From a virus, in IMG/VR virus record IMGVR_UViG_3300025520_000002: a stretch of 57,319 nt of DNA; one strand, given 5' to 3'. Below are positions 9,826-18,015 of the stretch, piece after piece (position 1 is the first letter of the stretch; every line of letters begins with the position of its first letter). A program made the position numbers and the translations under genes. A model generated the notes under the pieces. That model was not told where the DNA came from. It was given only the letters and a program-made list of their open reading frames with translations, and made no database searches.

Positions 9826-9841
9826 CCTAACAAGTTAGCAG
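9826..9841 (-). promoter_or_regulatory. Motif copy CTGCTAACTTGTTAGG
   Basis: 8 nt upstream of the ATG at 9817. Confidence 0.6.
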
Positions 9842-9853
9842 TTGTTGTCCAGC

Positions 9854-10036
9854 TCAGCGCTGTAGGCGGTCGAGTAGCTCGTTGATCTTGTCGACGACAT
9901 CCGACAGAGAGGCGTCTGGGCGTAGGGGGGCGATGGCGCCCTTACGCCCCGTGATGACCTCGATGTTGTCCCGTACCGCATCCAACCACCGCTGGTCGGG
10001 GGCTTCCTTGGCGGGGGGGATGCTGAGCTTCTTCAT
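9854..10036 (-). CDS. Small hypothetical structural-module protein (60 aa)
   Basis: ORF overlaps the upstream gene stop by 4 nt; GC3 bias. Confidence 0.45.
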   Translation of the reverse strand: MKKLSIPPAKEAPDQRWLDAVRDNIEVITGRKGAIAPLRPDASLSDVVDKINELLDRLQR

Positions 10037-12015
10037 CGGGCACGCAGTCCTTCGGCAGTTTCAGCGAACTCGAACCGGTTCAACGGCACGTTACCGCTCA
10101 GGATGAACGTCACGTTGTCGGCCTTGTAGTCCGACGGCAGGCGGTGGGAGAGCCTGTCCACCACGCGTTGGCTGTACACGACGACCTCATCGACGACTGC
10201 CGTAACCCCCAGTCGGTCGAACGTGGCGGGCGGCACTGGTGCGAGCCCGCTGCCGCCGAGCATATATGTCCCGATAGGAGCGCCGCCCAGCTCTCCGCCA
10301 GTGTTACCCGCCGCCACCAACGCAGCGTTGGAGCTGAGAACTGCTTGGCGTGCAGCCTCCGCCGCTGCCCTCTCAGCGGGGGGCATGGTGAACTCGGCGA
10401 ACGCTTTGAACGCACCCATGTTGCCCGGCGACTCCTTCTGGAACAGCTTGGAAGTCCAGGTGTACGTGAGACGCGTGCCTGTATCCGCGTCGAACCGAAA
10501 CACCAGGTCGCCCCGCGCCATGATCAGGGAGCCGTCCTGCGGATCGGTGTACAGCGCCGTCACGTCAGCGGCGGAGCCGAGAGACACCGGGGCAGGTTCG
10601 TTGGGGCGGAAGAACCAGAACTCCGTACCTGTCGGTCCCTCGTAGGCGCCGACATAAGCCGTGCCGTACGCAGCGGCGAACATGGTGCTCGGATACACCG
10701 CGGTCCAGTCGCGCTCGGTGTAGCTCGCCTCGGTGACAATCACCGGGGACCCGGCGCCGAGCCACGCAAGCCCGAACCGCGTGGGGAACGCAACGCCGTT
10801 CGGGAAGCTGACCATCGCGCGGTTGGACAGACACGGCCATACCGACTTCACATCCTCCGGCTGCATCGACGAAGGATCGGCTCCGATGAACACTTCAGGA
10901 GTGCCGGCAGTGCCGACGACAACCATCGGGCCAGCGGTACGGCACGCCACGGGGTCCGACGCGAGCGGCGTGCGGTTGGCTGCCGGCCATGCATATGGCT
11001 TGTACGGCTCGGACATGCACAGCTCATTGCCCGAAATACCGACGAGCGCGCCGCTGGAGTGTCGGCACAGGGAGTGGAGGTCAACCGGCGGAGGTGGCGC
11101 GTCAAGCAGGGGTTCGACAGCGGTGCCGACGATCGCGGCGTCAATGGTTATCGGCAGCGCCGTACTGACGGGCTTGTCGGCAACGAGCTTGTAGCTGCCG
11201 TCCGCCTCCGACCAGTAGATCCGCCAGTGTGCCCCGGCAGTGTCATATGGCACGCTGCGCACGAAGCCGCCCGTGACCGGAAGTGGGTTGGTGGCGACAA
11301 GCACAGTGAACTGCGTTGTGGTGACAGACGCGACCGTCACCGCGCCCAGCGCGCCATGCTCCAGCGTATCACCCGCCCGAAGGCCCAGAGTATCCGGGGT
11401 AACGATCGTGAGCACGCCAGCAGCCCAGGAAGCCGAAGTGGTCGGGTAGTCGTTGGGTGGCGGCGCGCGCAGACCAGACACACTCCATGTGCCCGCGGTA
11501 CGCCCGGACACGACAGTGGCCGGAGACGCCTGGGACTCCTGTGTGCCCTGGGCGTTCACGAACGAGTACAGAATAGCCCTGTTCGCCACCTCTCCCGTGG
11601 TGCCGGTGAAAGCTGCTCCAGGTGCTGCGGTGGGCGCCGGCAAGCCGAGCATCCTCGACTCCATCGGGTACCCGTCCCGCCCCGCCAGTGCATAATTCGT
11701 AAACCTCGGCGGGCCATCTCCGGTGTAGTACACCGTGCCGCTGCGGTCCCCTGCTACCAGAGCCCGGACAGCGTCGACATGGAACGGCCAAGCGAGCCAT
11801 CGCATGCCGGTAGTAGCCACCGACTTGAACAGAGACTTCGCCGGACCAGACAGGCCAAGGAGTGACGCGAGCAGGAGCGGACCGTTGAGGGGCTCCAGTG
11901 CGCCAGACGTGAGGCGAGCGTTGTAGGCGAACTGGGCTTGGTTCGCCTGCAGCTGCGAAGGGTCGACGCGGGGGGCCATGCCCCCGAACGCCATGATGGT
12001 TCCGGACTCTGCCAT
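10033..12015 (-). CDS. Large tail structural protein (660 aa), nozzle/tail-tubular-B-like
   Basis: Size and position next to the fibre gene; beta-rich Gly/Thr/Ala composition. No catalytic motif seen. Confidence 0.4.
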   Translation of the reverse strand: MAESGTIMAFGGMAPRVDPSQLQANQAQFAYNARLTSGALEPLNGPLLLASLLGLSGPAKSLFKSVATTGMRWLAWPFHVDAVRALVAGDRSGTVYYTGDGPPRFTNYALAGRDGYPMESRMLGLPAPTAAPGAAFTGTTGEVANRAILYSFVNAQGTQESQASPATVVSGRTAGTWSVSGLRAPPPNDYPTTSASWAAGVLTIVTPDTLGLRAGDTLEHGALGAVTVASVTTTQFTVLVATNPLPVTGGFVRSVPYDTAGAHWRIYWSEADGSYKLVADKPVSTALPITIDAAIVGTAVEPLLDAPPPPVDLHSLCRHSSGALVGISGNELCMSEPYKPYAWPAANRTPLASDPVACRTAGPMVVVGTAGTPEVFIGADPSSMQPEDVKSVWPCLSNRAMVSFPNGVAFPTRFGLAWLGAGSPVIVTEASYTERDWTAVYPSTMFAAAYGTAYVGAYEGPTGTEFWFFRPNEPAPVSLGSAADVTALYTDPQDGSLIMARGDLVFRFDADTGTRLTYTWTSKLFQKESPGNMGAFKAFAEFTMPPAERAAAEAARQAVLSSNAALVAAGNTGGELGGAPIGTYMLGGSGLAPVPPATFDRLGVTAVVDEVVVYSQRVVDRLSHRLPSDYKADNVTFILSGNVPLNRFEFAETAEGLRAR

Positions 12016-12016
12016 G

Positions 12017-13174
12017 TCAGTAGCGAATGAACATGTTCAGCGAGCGGTTACGTACCCGGTTCTCCGTCGCAGTGGGCACGACAAGAGATGCATCGAACCG
12101 GACAAACCGAAGCCCTACCTGGTAACTGGCGCTGGACCCGATCCATCCCGGCGCGGTAGTGTTGTTAGTGAACGCGCCGGCAAAAGACTGGAAGCCGCCG
12201 GAGTCGCCCTGCGCCCCGAAGTCACCTGTGATGTTGCGGATCGCGTCCCCTTGAAAGCTGCCCAGTACGCGCGTCGTGTCCGACTCCCATGCGCCCATCC
12301 CGTTGTGATGCACTCTCGGGACGAGGCCACGCCAGTCGAGGACTGGCAGTCGTTTATTCGACGCCCAGTCCGCGGAGGCGGATGCCCCCCTGGTGGTTGC
12401 AACTCCGTTGGCATCCTGTATCGGGCAGATGCTATTGTCGTAGATCGTCCAGAGGTGAACGAACAGTGCCTCGGCCTCCGCGCTCGCAAGCCCAGTGGCG
12501 CCGCTCGTCGCACTACCGATAGTCCTGCTGTCGCATGGCAGCCACCGGCGGCCGGCCCCGAACGACGTACGCGACGTCATCTTGTAGTCGCCGACATCGA
12601 AGCACTGATTCTCGATATAGGCAACGAGCTGCTGCAGGGACACTGCCTGCAGAGGGGCAGCGGCATCCCCGGGGAGAGTCACGGCCCCGGTGAACGTAGG
12701 GTTAGCCGTCGGGGCCTTTGTGGCCACCTGAACGATGAGTCCGTCCACGGCCCCTTGCGTCGCCGAGCGTGCCTGACTGACAGCCGTGATACGTTCGTCA
12801 AGCTCCTCCAAGGCTGCCTGTGAGGTAGTCGTGGTGATACCACCGGCTGGGACAACCGTGTGTCCGGATGCCTTCCGGAGTTCATCGAACCCCGCAGCGG
12901 TGACCGTCAGATAGAAGACCTGTCCGCTGCCTGTCCAGTCGACAGGAGACGCGCTCCGCGTGATGACGAACGAATCACCGGTGCGCCCAGTGATCATGAC
13001 CGCTTCACGCGCGCTTCCGTCAATAGCCTCGATAACAGCGGGGACGGTGTCTTCCCCGGACATCGCCGGAAACAATGCGCCATCCCCCGCTTGGACGGTG
13101 AGGGCGGTGCCCGTTGTGCCCGCGGGGGCCGTCGCAAGCTTGGTAGTTACGAAGTCACGAAGCAGGAGTGTCAT
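12017..13174 (-). CDS. Tail fibre with a phage tail-collar-like C-terminal domain (385 aa)
   Basis: PTFTGAVTLPGDAAAPLQAVSLQQLVAYI fibre motif, then a GDYKM...WLPCDSRTIG...AEALFVHLW collar-like segment. Confidence 0.6.
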   Translation of the reverse strand: MTLLLRDFVTTKLATAPAGTTGTALTVQAGDGALFPAMSGEDTVPAVIEAIDGSAREAVMITGRTGDSFVITRSASPVDWTGSGQVFYLTVTAAGFDELRKASGHTVVPAGGITTTTSQAALEELDERITAVSQARSATQGAVDGLIVQVATKAPTANPTFTGAVTLPGDAAAPLQAVSLQQLVAYIENQCFDVGDYKMTSRTSFGAGRRWLPCDSRTIGSATSGATGLASAEAEALFVHLWTIYDNSICPIQDANGVATTRGASASADWASNKRLPVLDWRGLVPRVHHNGMGAWESDTTRVLGSFQGDAIRNITGDFGAQGDSGGFQSFAGAFTNNTTAPGWIGSSASYQVGLRFVRFDASLVVPTATENRVRNRSLNMFIRY

Positions 13175-13544
13175 TACTGATCCTCAGTCTGTTTGCAAGG
13201 CTCAGCAGGTCGAGCCTGTACCACCCGTCGAAGTCGCCGCCAGCCAGCTGCGTTGCAACGTGGTCGAGCCCCTGCCCGTTCGGGCGCTCGAAGTACGCCG
13301 CTACGTAGCCGCGGTCCAAGAGCGCTCGGGTAAGCATGCGGATGGATCGCTTGTCCGCTGCCCCGTGGAACCCACGCAGCTCGCATACCCTCGACGTCCA
13401 CCGCTCAACGCTGCATACGGCGTCGTACGGCGGTCGCGGGTTGTCCGGTGTCGGCGCCTGGCTGTAGAACCGGCACATGGCCGATCCCTCCTCCCAGTGG
13501 AGTGCAGTGCCGTTGTCCGTATAGATCACTTCTTCAGCGCCCAC
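13155..13544 (-). CDS. Hypothetical protein (129 aa; start uncertain)
   Basis: ORF with coding-like bias; overlaps neighbours on both sides. Confidence 0.45.
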   Translation of the reverse strand: MGAEEVIYTDNGTALHWEEGSAMCRFYSQAPTPDNPRPPYDAVCSVERWTSRVCELRGFHGAADKRSIRMLTRALLDRGYVAAYFERPNGQGLDHVATQLAGGDFDGWYRLDLLSLANRLRISNDTPAS

Positions 13545-14068
13545 GGAGTCGAGGCCGGACGGTTAGCGAACCACCACCCGATACACACGCTCCCTTGGAA
13601 CAACACCCACTCCACCGACAGGAGCGCAAACTTGAGCTTCTGCTCCGTGGTCAGGGATGGCCATGCGTCGGTCAGAAGGTCGAGAGCCACGTAGTTCACA
13701 TAGAGCGCTGCGCCGGCGAGTACTGCGGTCAGCAGTGGGCGCACAACACCACGGATGGCGTCCACCCACATGATTCCGTAGGTCGCCCGGTCTGCCTTGT
13801 ACGACTGGGACAGGGCGGCGTACGCCGCTTGCTCGACGCTGGCCGCCCCCTCGATCGAAGCCACAGACACCGCGCGTTCGGACTCAAGCCGCATGGCTTC
13901 CATGTCCTTGTCCCGCATCGCCAACTCGTGCTGGTGGTCGAGCTGCCTGCCTTCGAGGTCAATCTTTTTGGCTTTGAGGTCAACGAACCGGTTCGCCAGT
14001 CCGCCGATCCAGCCGACAAGCGCGCCGAAGCCGCTCGACCCCATTAGCCCCATAATCGCTGTGAGCAT
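13526..14068 (-). CDS. Membrane protein (180 aa from the internal ATG at 14068), holin-like candidate
   Basis: ATGA overlap with the upstream stop. N-terminal and C-terminal hydrophobic helices flank a coiled coil. The upstream part of the 269-aa ORF looks like non-coding extension. Confidence 0.45.
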   Translation of the reverse strand: MLTAIMGLMGSSGFGALVGWIGGLANRFVDLKAKKIDLEGRQLDHQHELAMRDKDMEAMRLESERAVSVASIEGAASVEQAAYAALSQSYKADRATYGIMWVDAIRGVVRPLLTAVLAGAALYVNYVALDLLTDAWPSLTTEQKLKFALLSVEWVLFQGSVCIGWWFANRPASTPWALKK

Positions 14069-14493
14069 CACGCATCCTCCACGTTGAGCCAGAACGGCTG
14101 CATGCCCATCCTGGTGTGTAGCTGCCGGAGAGCCGGCTGGCTCACAAGCACAGCCTTCTGTCCGTTGATCTGTCCGAACTTCGACCCAACGATCAGGCAC
14201 CCCTGAGAGTTCGTCTTGAACCGCTTGAGGACGTCTCCCGCGAAATTCCCGCCGTGGATCAAGATGGCCGAGCGGCCAGGTACTCCGACGACGCCATAGA
14301 CCTTCCCGAACCTCGGACTGCGGACTGGCACGCATTGGTACCGGCCCGCGGGTATGCGAGACAGCTGTCGCCTGTTGTCTCTGTCGGGCAGTTCGACGAC
14401 GCGAAGCGCTGCGCCTCCATCAGGCAGGATGAGGACCCCGAGCGTGCCTTGGTCATCCCCGCGTTCCCGCAGGAGAAGCGCCTCTTCCATCAC
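14068..14493 (-). CDS. DUF5675-like / L,D-transpeptidase-fold cell-wall enzyme (141 aa)
   Basis: AILIHGGNFAGD...NSQGCLIVG resembles the His...Gly-Cys catalytic signature of YkuD-fold enzymes. Confidence 0.5.
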   Translation of the reverse strand: MMEEALLLRERGDDQGTLGVLILPDGGAALRVVELPDRDNRRQLSRIPAGRYQCVPVRSPRFGKVYGVVGVPGRSAILIHGGNFAGDVLKRFKTNSQGCLIVGSKFGQINGQKAVLVSQPALRQLHTRMGMQPFWLNVEDA

Positions 14494-14696
14494 CGGATGA
14501 GCACCTTGTCGATAAGCCAGCTCGCGGCGGCGCCGGCGGACGATGCAATCGCCATACCTACCCAGAATCCGCCTCTGCTCTGGTTGGCCAGCGCGAGGAG
14601 TGCCTTGATGTCCGCTCGCGCCTCCCCCAGCTCGCGCTCAAGCTGGTCGATGCGGGCTTCCAGTTTTCCGAATCGGATCGGGTCGAAGTCAGACAT
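14490..14696 (-). CDS. Small protein with a C-terminal transmembrane helix (68 aa)
   Basis: Coiled coil, then GGFWVGMAIASSAGAAASWLI. Overlaps the downstream gene by 4 nt. Confidence 0.5.
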   Translation of the reverse strand: MSDFDPIRFGKLEARIDQLERELGEARADIKALLALANQSRGGFWVGMAIASSAGAAASWLIDKVLIR

Positions 14697-14703
14697 GTGT
14701 GCC

Positions 14704-15345
14704 TCACGCCAAGGGGATCATTGATACGTGAGCAGGAGCGTCGACTCCGCCCCGAAGTACGTCGAACCTGGCCGACGCCCAGCCATCGGCGTATCGCGCC
14801 TCCTCGATAGGCAGGAGGTCCGGCTTGAAATACGTGGTGTCCGGCATGCGGAAAAGCTCCGCCTTCATGCCGGCAGCAAGGACGCGCTCCCAGCGCATCA
14901 AGATGTCGGGTATGACCGTGAACGCCCCTGCCTGCGCGACCGCCGCCCGGACAGAAAGAACGGCGTCCTCGCCGTTCGCCGGATACACGGTGATGACATT
15001 TGGTTCAAGGGAGTCCGACACGAACACTGCGGGTGTTCCCGGCGCGAGCGTTCGCCAGTCCTCGAACGGAGTGGCTGCGTCCAATGCGTCGGCTGCCTTG
15101 GGGGTAAGCACGCGGCCGTTGTAGCGCACGGACACGGGAGAGACGATCTCGTACCCGCTCGGAGGTGTGAGCGTGACGGTCGACGTACCGGCAGTGAGCG
15201 TTATCGGGTCAAGCGTCAGCAGGACTGCACGGGTCTTCCGGGAAAAATCGCGCACCACCTGTCGCCCGACAAGGTCGAGGGCGATGTCCGGAACCCCCGG
15301 AACCCAAGGGCGGACAAGCGGGTATAGCGCGCTCAGCTGGGCCAC
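14704..15345 (-). CDS. Head-tail adaptor-like protein (213 aa)
   Basis: Lies downstream of the capsid gene. Its sequence pattern is similar to the C-terminal 187 aa of the 1058-aa protein. Confidence 0.35.
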   Translation of the reverse strand: MAQLSALYPLVRPWVPGVPDIALDLVGRQVVRDFSRKTRAVLLTLDPITLTAGTSTVTLTPPSGYEIVSPVSVRYNGRVLTPKAADALDAATPFEDWRTLAPGTPAVFVSDSLEPNVITVYPANGEDAVLSVRAAVAQAGAFTVIPDILMRWERVLAAGMKAELFRMPDTTYFKPDLLPIEEARYADGWASARFDVLRGGVDAPAHVSMIPLA

Positions 15346-15348
15346 GGA

Positions 15349-15600
15349 TTACTCCGGGCTTTCCGGGGCAGTTTCGGTCGGGGTCTCTACCTGGGCGTCA
15401 GGCTTCTGGACTCTCGGCTGACGGGTAGCGCGCTGACGAGGAGCAGCGAGCAGCAGCTCGCCGTCCGGGTACACCAGCAGCTCACCAGCGACGACCTCGG
15501 CAACAACGCTGCGGTCACTGCCCGTGCCGTGGATGAACTTGGGGTAGAGGTTCTCGCAGCCGGCCTCGATGAGGCGCGCGACCTTGTCCTCGATGGTCAT
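15349..15600 (-). CDS. Hypothetical protein (83 aa)
   Basis: ORF directly after the capsid-gene hairpin; GC3 bias. Confidence 0.5.
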   Translation of the reverse strand: MTIEDKVARLIEAGCENLYPKFIHGTGSDRSVVAEVVAGELLVYPDGELLLAAPRQRATRQPRVQKPDAQVETPTETAPESPE

Positions 15601-15629
15601 ATCGTGTTCTCCGGGGAGTGAAAGGTAGC

Positions 15630-15647
15630 GGGGGGCCGAAGCCCCCC
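15630..15647 (-). terminator. GC hairpin with a UUCG tetraloop immediately after the major capsid gene
   Basis: Minus-strand sense GGGGGGC-TTCG-GCCCCCC. No U-tract, so probably an attenuator or stabiliser rather than a full terminator. Confidence 0.45.
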
Positions 15648-15659
15648 TGAAAGCCCTGC

Positions 15660-16655
15660 TTAGGCGACCAGTGCCGAAGTGAGAGCGGTGTCCTTCACGA
15701 CCTTGTAGCCGTAGACGTTCAGGCCACGGACCAGGTCACCGAAGTCGTTCGGGTTGCGAATCGACTCAGTCTTCACCAGCTGCGAGGCGAAGGTGATCGC
15801 CGACTTATGGCCGGCCAGGATCAGACGACGCTTGGCGGTACCGGCGGCAGCTGCACCGAAGTAGTCCTGGGTAGCAGCGGCGCGCGGGAGCAGGTTCGAG
15901 ACGTACACCTGGAAGCGGTCGATCATGCCGACCTTGCCGTTCCGCACCATCGACTTGTCGTCGCCCATCTGGAGCGCGTTGGCCAGGTTGGTGTTCATCA
16001 GCGCCTGGCGGGTAGCCGGGTCGATGAGCAGCCAGCGGCCTTCCTCCGGGACGTTCTGCTCATCCAGCACGGCTGCCATCTTCAGGATGGTGTCCAGTGC
16101 GGCGCCGGCGGACGACAGAGCGATCGGGGCGGCGGCGGTGCCGAGGTTGTACGCACCCGACAGCACACCCGCGGTCGCGCCCTGGTTGGCAGCAGCAACA
16201 GCGTTCCAGACGCCCTGACGGGTCGAGGTGCCGACGAGGATGTCGCGGTCGATTGCGATCTTCATCTGCATCGACGCGTCGTTGGAGAACATCTCCATCT
16301 GGTTCGGCTTGGACTGCGCGACCAGCACGTCGTGGATCGGGAAGTTGAACGACTTCGCGCGGTCGATCTGCATCTCGATCGTGCCCGGAGTCACCGGGAC
16401 ATACGTCAGCGTGCTGCCGATCGTGTAGTCCGCGATGCCGATGTCCGGCACGTTCTGGATGACAACCTTGTCGCCAAGACCCGAGATCTCACCTTGCCAG
16501 TCGGTATTGGCGATGTCGCCGAATACCGTGGTGGCATAGAACTTGGCGTTGAACTTGCCCGACCACAGGGTCGGAATGAAGGTGCCCGAGTAGTTGATGC
16601 CGGCGTACGAGCCGGTAACGCCAACCAGCGGGGTGCTTGCGGTAACAGTTGCCAC
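15660..16655 (-). CDS. Major capsid protein (331 aa, GTG start)
   Basis: T7/N4-type coat-like sequence (SGKFNAKFYATTVFGDIANTDWQGEISGLGDKVVI...). RBS GAAAGGAA. Follows the scaffold gene. Confidence 0.8.
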   Translation of the reverse strand: MATVTASTPLVGVTGSYAGINYSGTFIPTLWSGKFNAKFYATTVFGDIANTDWQGEISGLGDKVVIQNVPDIGIADYTIGSTLTYVPVTPGTIEMQIDRAKSFNFPIHDVLVAQSKPNQMEMFSNDASMQMKIAIDRDILVGTSTRQGVWNAVAAANQGATAGVLSGAYNLGTAAAPIALSSAGAALDTILKMAAVLDEQNVPEEGRWLLIDPATRQALMNTNLANALQMGDDKSMVRNGKVGMIDRFQVYVSNLLPRAAATQDYFGAAAAGTAKRRLILAGHKSAITFASQLVKTESIRNPNDFGDLVRGLNVYGYKVVKDTALTSALVA

Positions 16656-16678
16656 GTCGATTCCTTTCGTCGTGGCCG

Positions 16679-16699
16679 CCTAACGTGTTAGCAGTTAGC
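16679..16699 (-). promoter_or_regulatory. Motif copy GCTAACTGCTAACACGTTAGG (tandem half-site plus full site)
   Basis: Contains the scaffold stop TAA; 23 nt upstream of the capsid GTG. Confidence 0.65.
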
Positions 16700-17609
16700 G
16701 GATGCGTCCATCGCCGGCGGCCTGCATGATGTCGGCCTCCATGCGCGCGGCGACTTCAGGAGCGATCTGCCCTCGGCGAACCTGGTCGTAGAACGCGGCG
16801 ATCTCCGCCTGCATCCAGATCTTCGGCTCGTTACCCGCGGGCGGAGCACCACCGGAGTCATTGCGGCTGGGAGCCACCTGTTTCTCCAGCGGGTTCAACG
16901 TCGGAACTGCAGGTTTGGCGACGGTTGCGCGGTAGGCGCGGAACACCCCGAGGGTGCGCTCCACGTCCTGCGCCTGCACGTGCGCGTCAAGGATTGCCTT
17001 GCGCACGTGCCCTGTCATCGGGTCGACTTCCATCAGCCAGCGCTGGTAGAAATCCGGATCTGCGTTGGTCTGCTCCCAGTCCGACATCTGCCGGTCCAGT
17101 TCCGAGAAAAAGTCTCGCTTGCCGACACTGCTGGCAACCGTGCCCAGCTGCGCCTGCAGTCGTGCGATGACCTCATCACGTTGCGCCAACTGCTGCTCCA
17201 TGGTCTGCACCTTCGCGGTAGCGATGCGCTCGACCGTGTTCAGCAGATCCTCTCCGAAAGCCTGCTTGTCCTCGTCGGACACCACCGGCTTCGGCGGTTC
17301 GACCGGCTTTTGCTCCAGACGCTGTTTCAGCTCCTCGACCTGGGCTTGCAGTGCGCGGTGTGCCTCGTTGGAACGAGCCATCTCAGCGTTGTACTTGCCC
17401 TGCAGCGTCAGGAAACGCTGCTGCCAGTCGGGGTCCTCGTGTCTTGTCTGGGGCGGAGTCGGTTCCGCCGGTGCGTTGCTTGCAGGTGCGTCTGCGGGAG
17501 GCTGTTCCTCGACGGTCTGTGCGTCTGCCGCGGGGGCGCGCATCTGTTCCTCGATCTGTTTGGCCTCGTCCAGCTGGCGCTGTACGGCTGCGGGCAATGC
17601 ACTCATCAT
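16695..17609 (-). CDS. Scaffolding protein (304 aa)
   Basis: Highly helical, acidic and Gln-rich. Lies between the portal and capsid genes. Confidence 0.6.
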   Translation of the reverse strand: MMSALPAAVQRQLDEAKQIEEQMRAPAADAQTVEEQPPADAPASNAPAEPTPPQTRHEDPDWQQRFLTLQGKYNAEMARSNEAHRALQAQVEELKQRLEQKPVEPPKPVVSDEDKQAFGEDLLNTVERIATAKVQTMEQQLAQRDEVIARLQAQLGTVASSVGKRDFFSELDRQMSDWEQTNADPDFYQRWLMEVDPMTGHVRKAILDAHVQAQDVERTLGVFRAYRATVAKPAVPTLNPLEKQVAPSRNDSGGAPPAGNEPKIWMQAEIAAFYDQVRRGQIAPEVAARMEADIMQAAGDGRIR

Positions 17610-17730
17610 CTCTCCTTCGCGCCGACTCCCTCCGTACGCGCCCTGTCGGGTGTGCGCCGTAGGTCTACGGTCTGCGGGTACTTCAAACGTCCGCTCAGTG
17701 GCGGGCGCCGCCTTGGCGGTCTGCCCTGCC

Positions 17731-17979
17731 TTACCTCACGGTCCTGGTTGCGACGTCCGGCGCCGTCACGGCGAGGAAGTCGATAAGCTCTGCAATCACT
17801 GCTGCGCGCTGCAGGGACTTCATTGCCAGGTCGTCCCCCCGCCCCCGAACACAGTTCAGGGCGTGGGTAAGCTCGGCGTCCCGCTCACGCTTCATCACCT
17901 CCAGAAGGGTCGCTCCGGCCGCCATCTTGGGTATGGCCGCAAGCGTCAGGTACTCCTGCTCAGCGATGTTTGCCTTCAT
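17731..17979 (-). CDS. Hypothetical protein (82 aa)
   Basis: ORF between portal and scaffold; motif copy and a TTGACA just upstream. Confidence 0.5.
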   Translation of the reverse strand: MKANIAEQEYLTLAAIPKMAAGATLLEVMKRERDAELTHALNCVRGRGDDLAMKSLQRAAVIAELIDFLAVTAPDVATRTVR

Positions 17980-17992
17980 AGACCAACCATAT

Positions 17993-18015
17993 CCTAAGTT
18001 GTTAGCTTGTCAAGG
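17993..18015 (-). promoter_or_regulatory. Motif variant CCTTGACAAGCTAACAACTTAGG
   Basis: The motif's TAA is the portal stop codon. 13 nt upstream of the ATG at 17979. TTGACA-16-TATGGT can be read across it. Confidence 0.55.
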
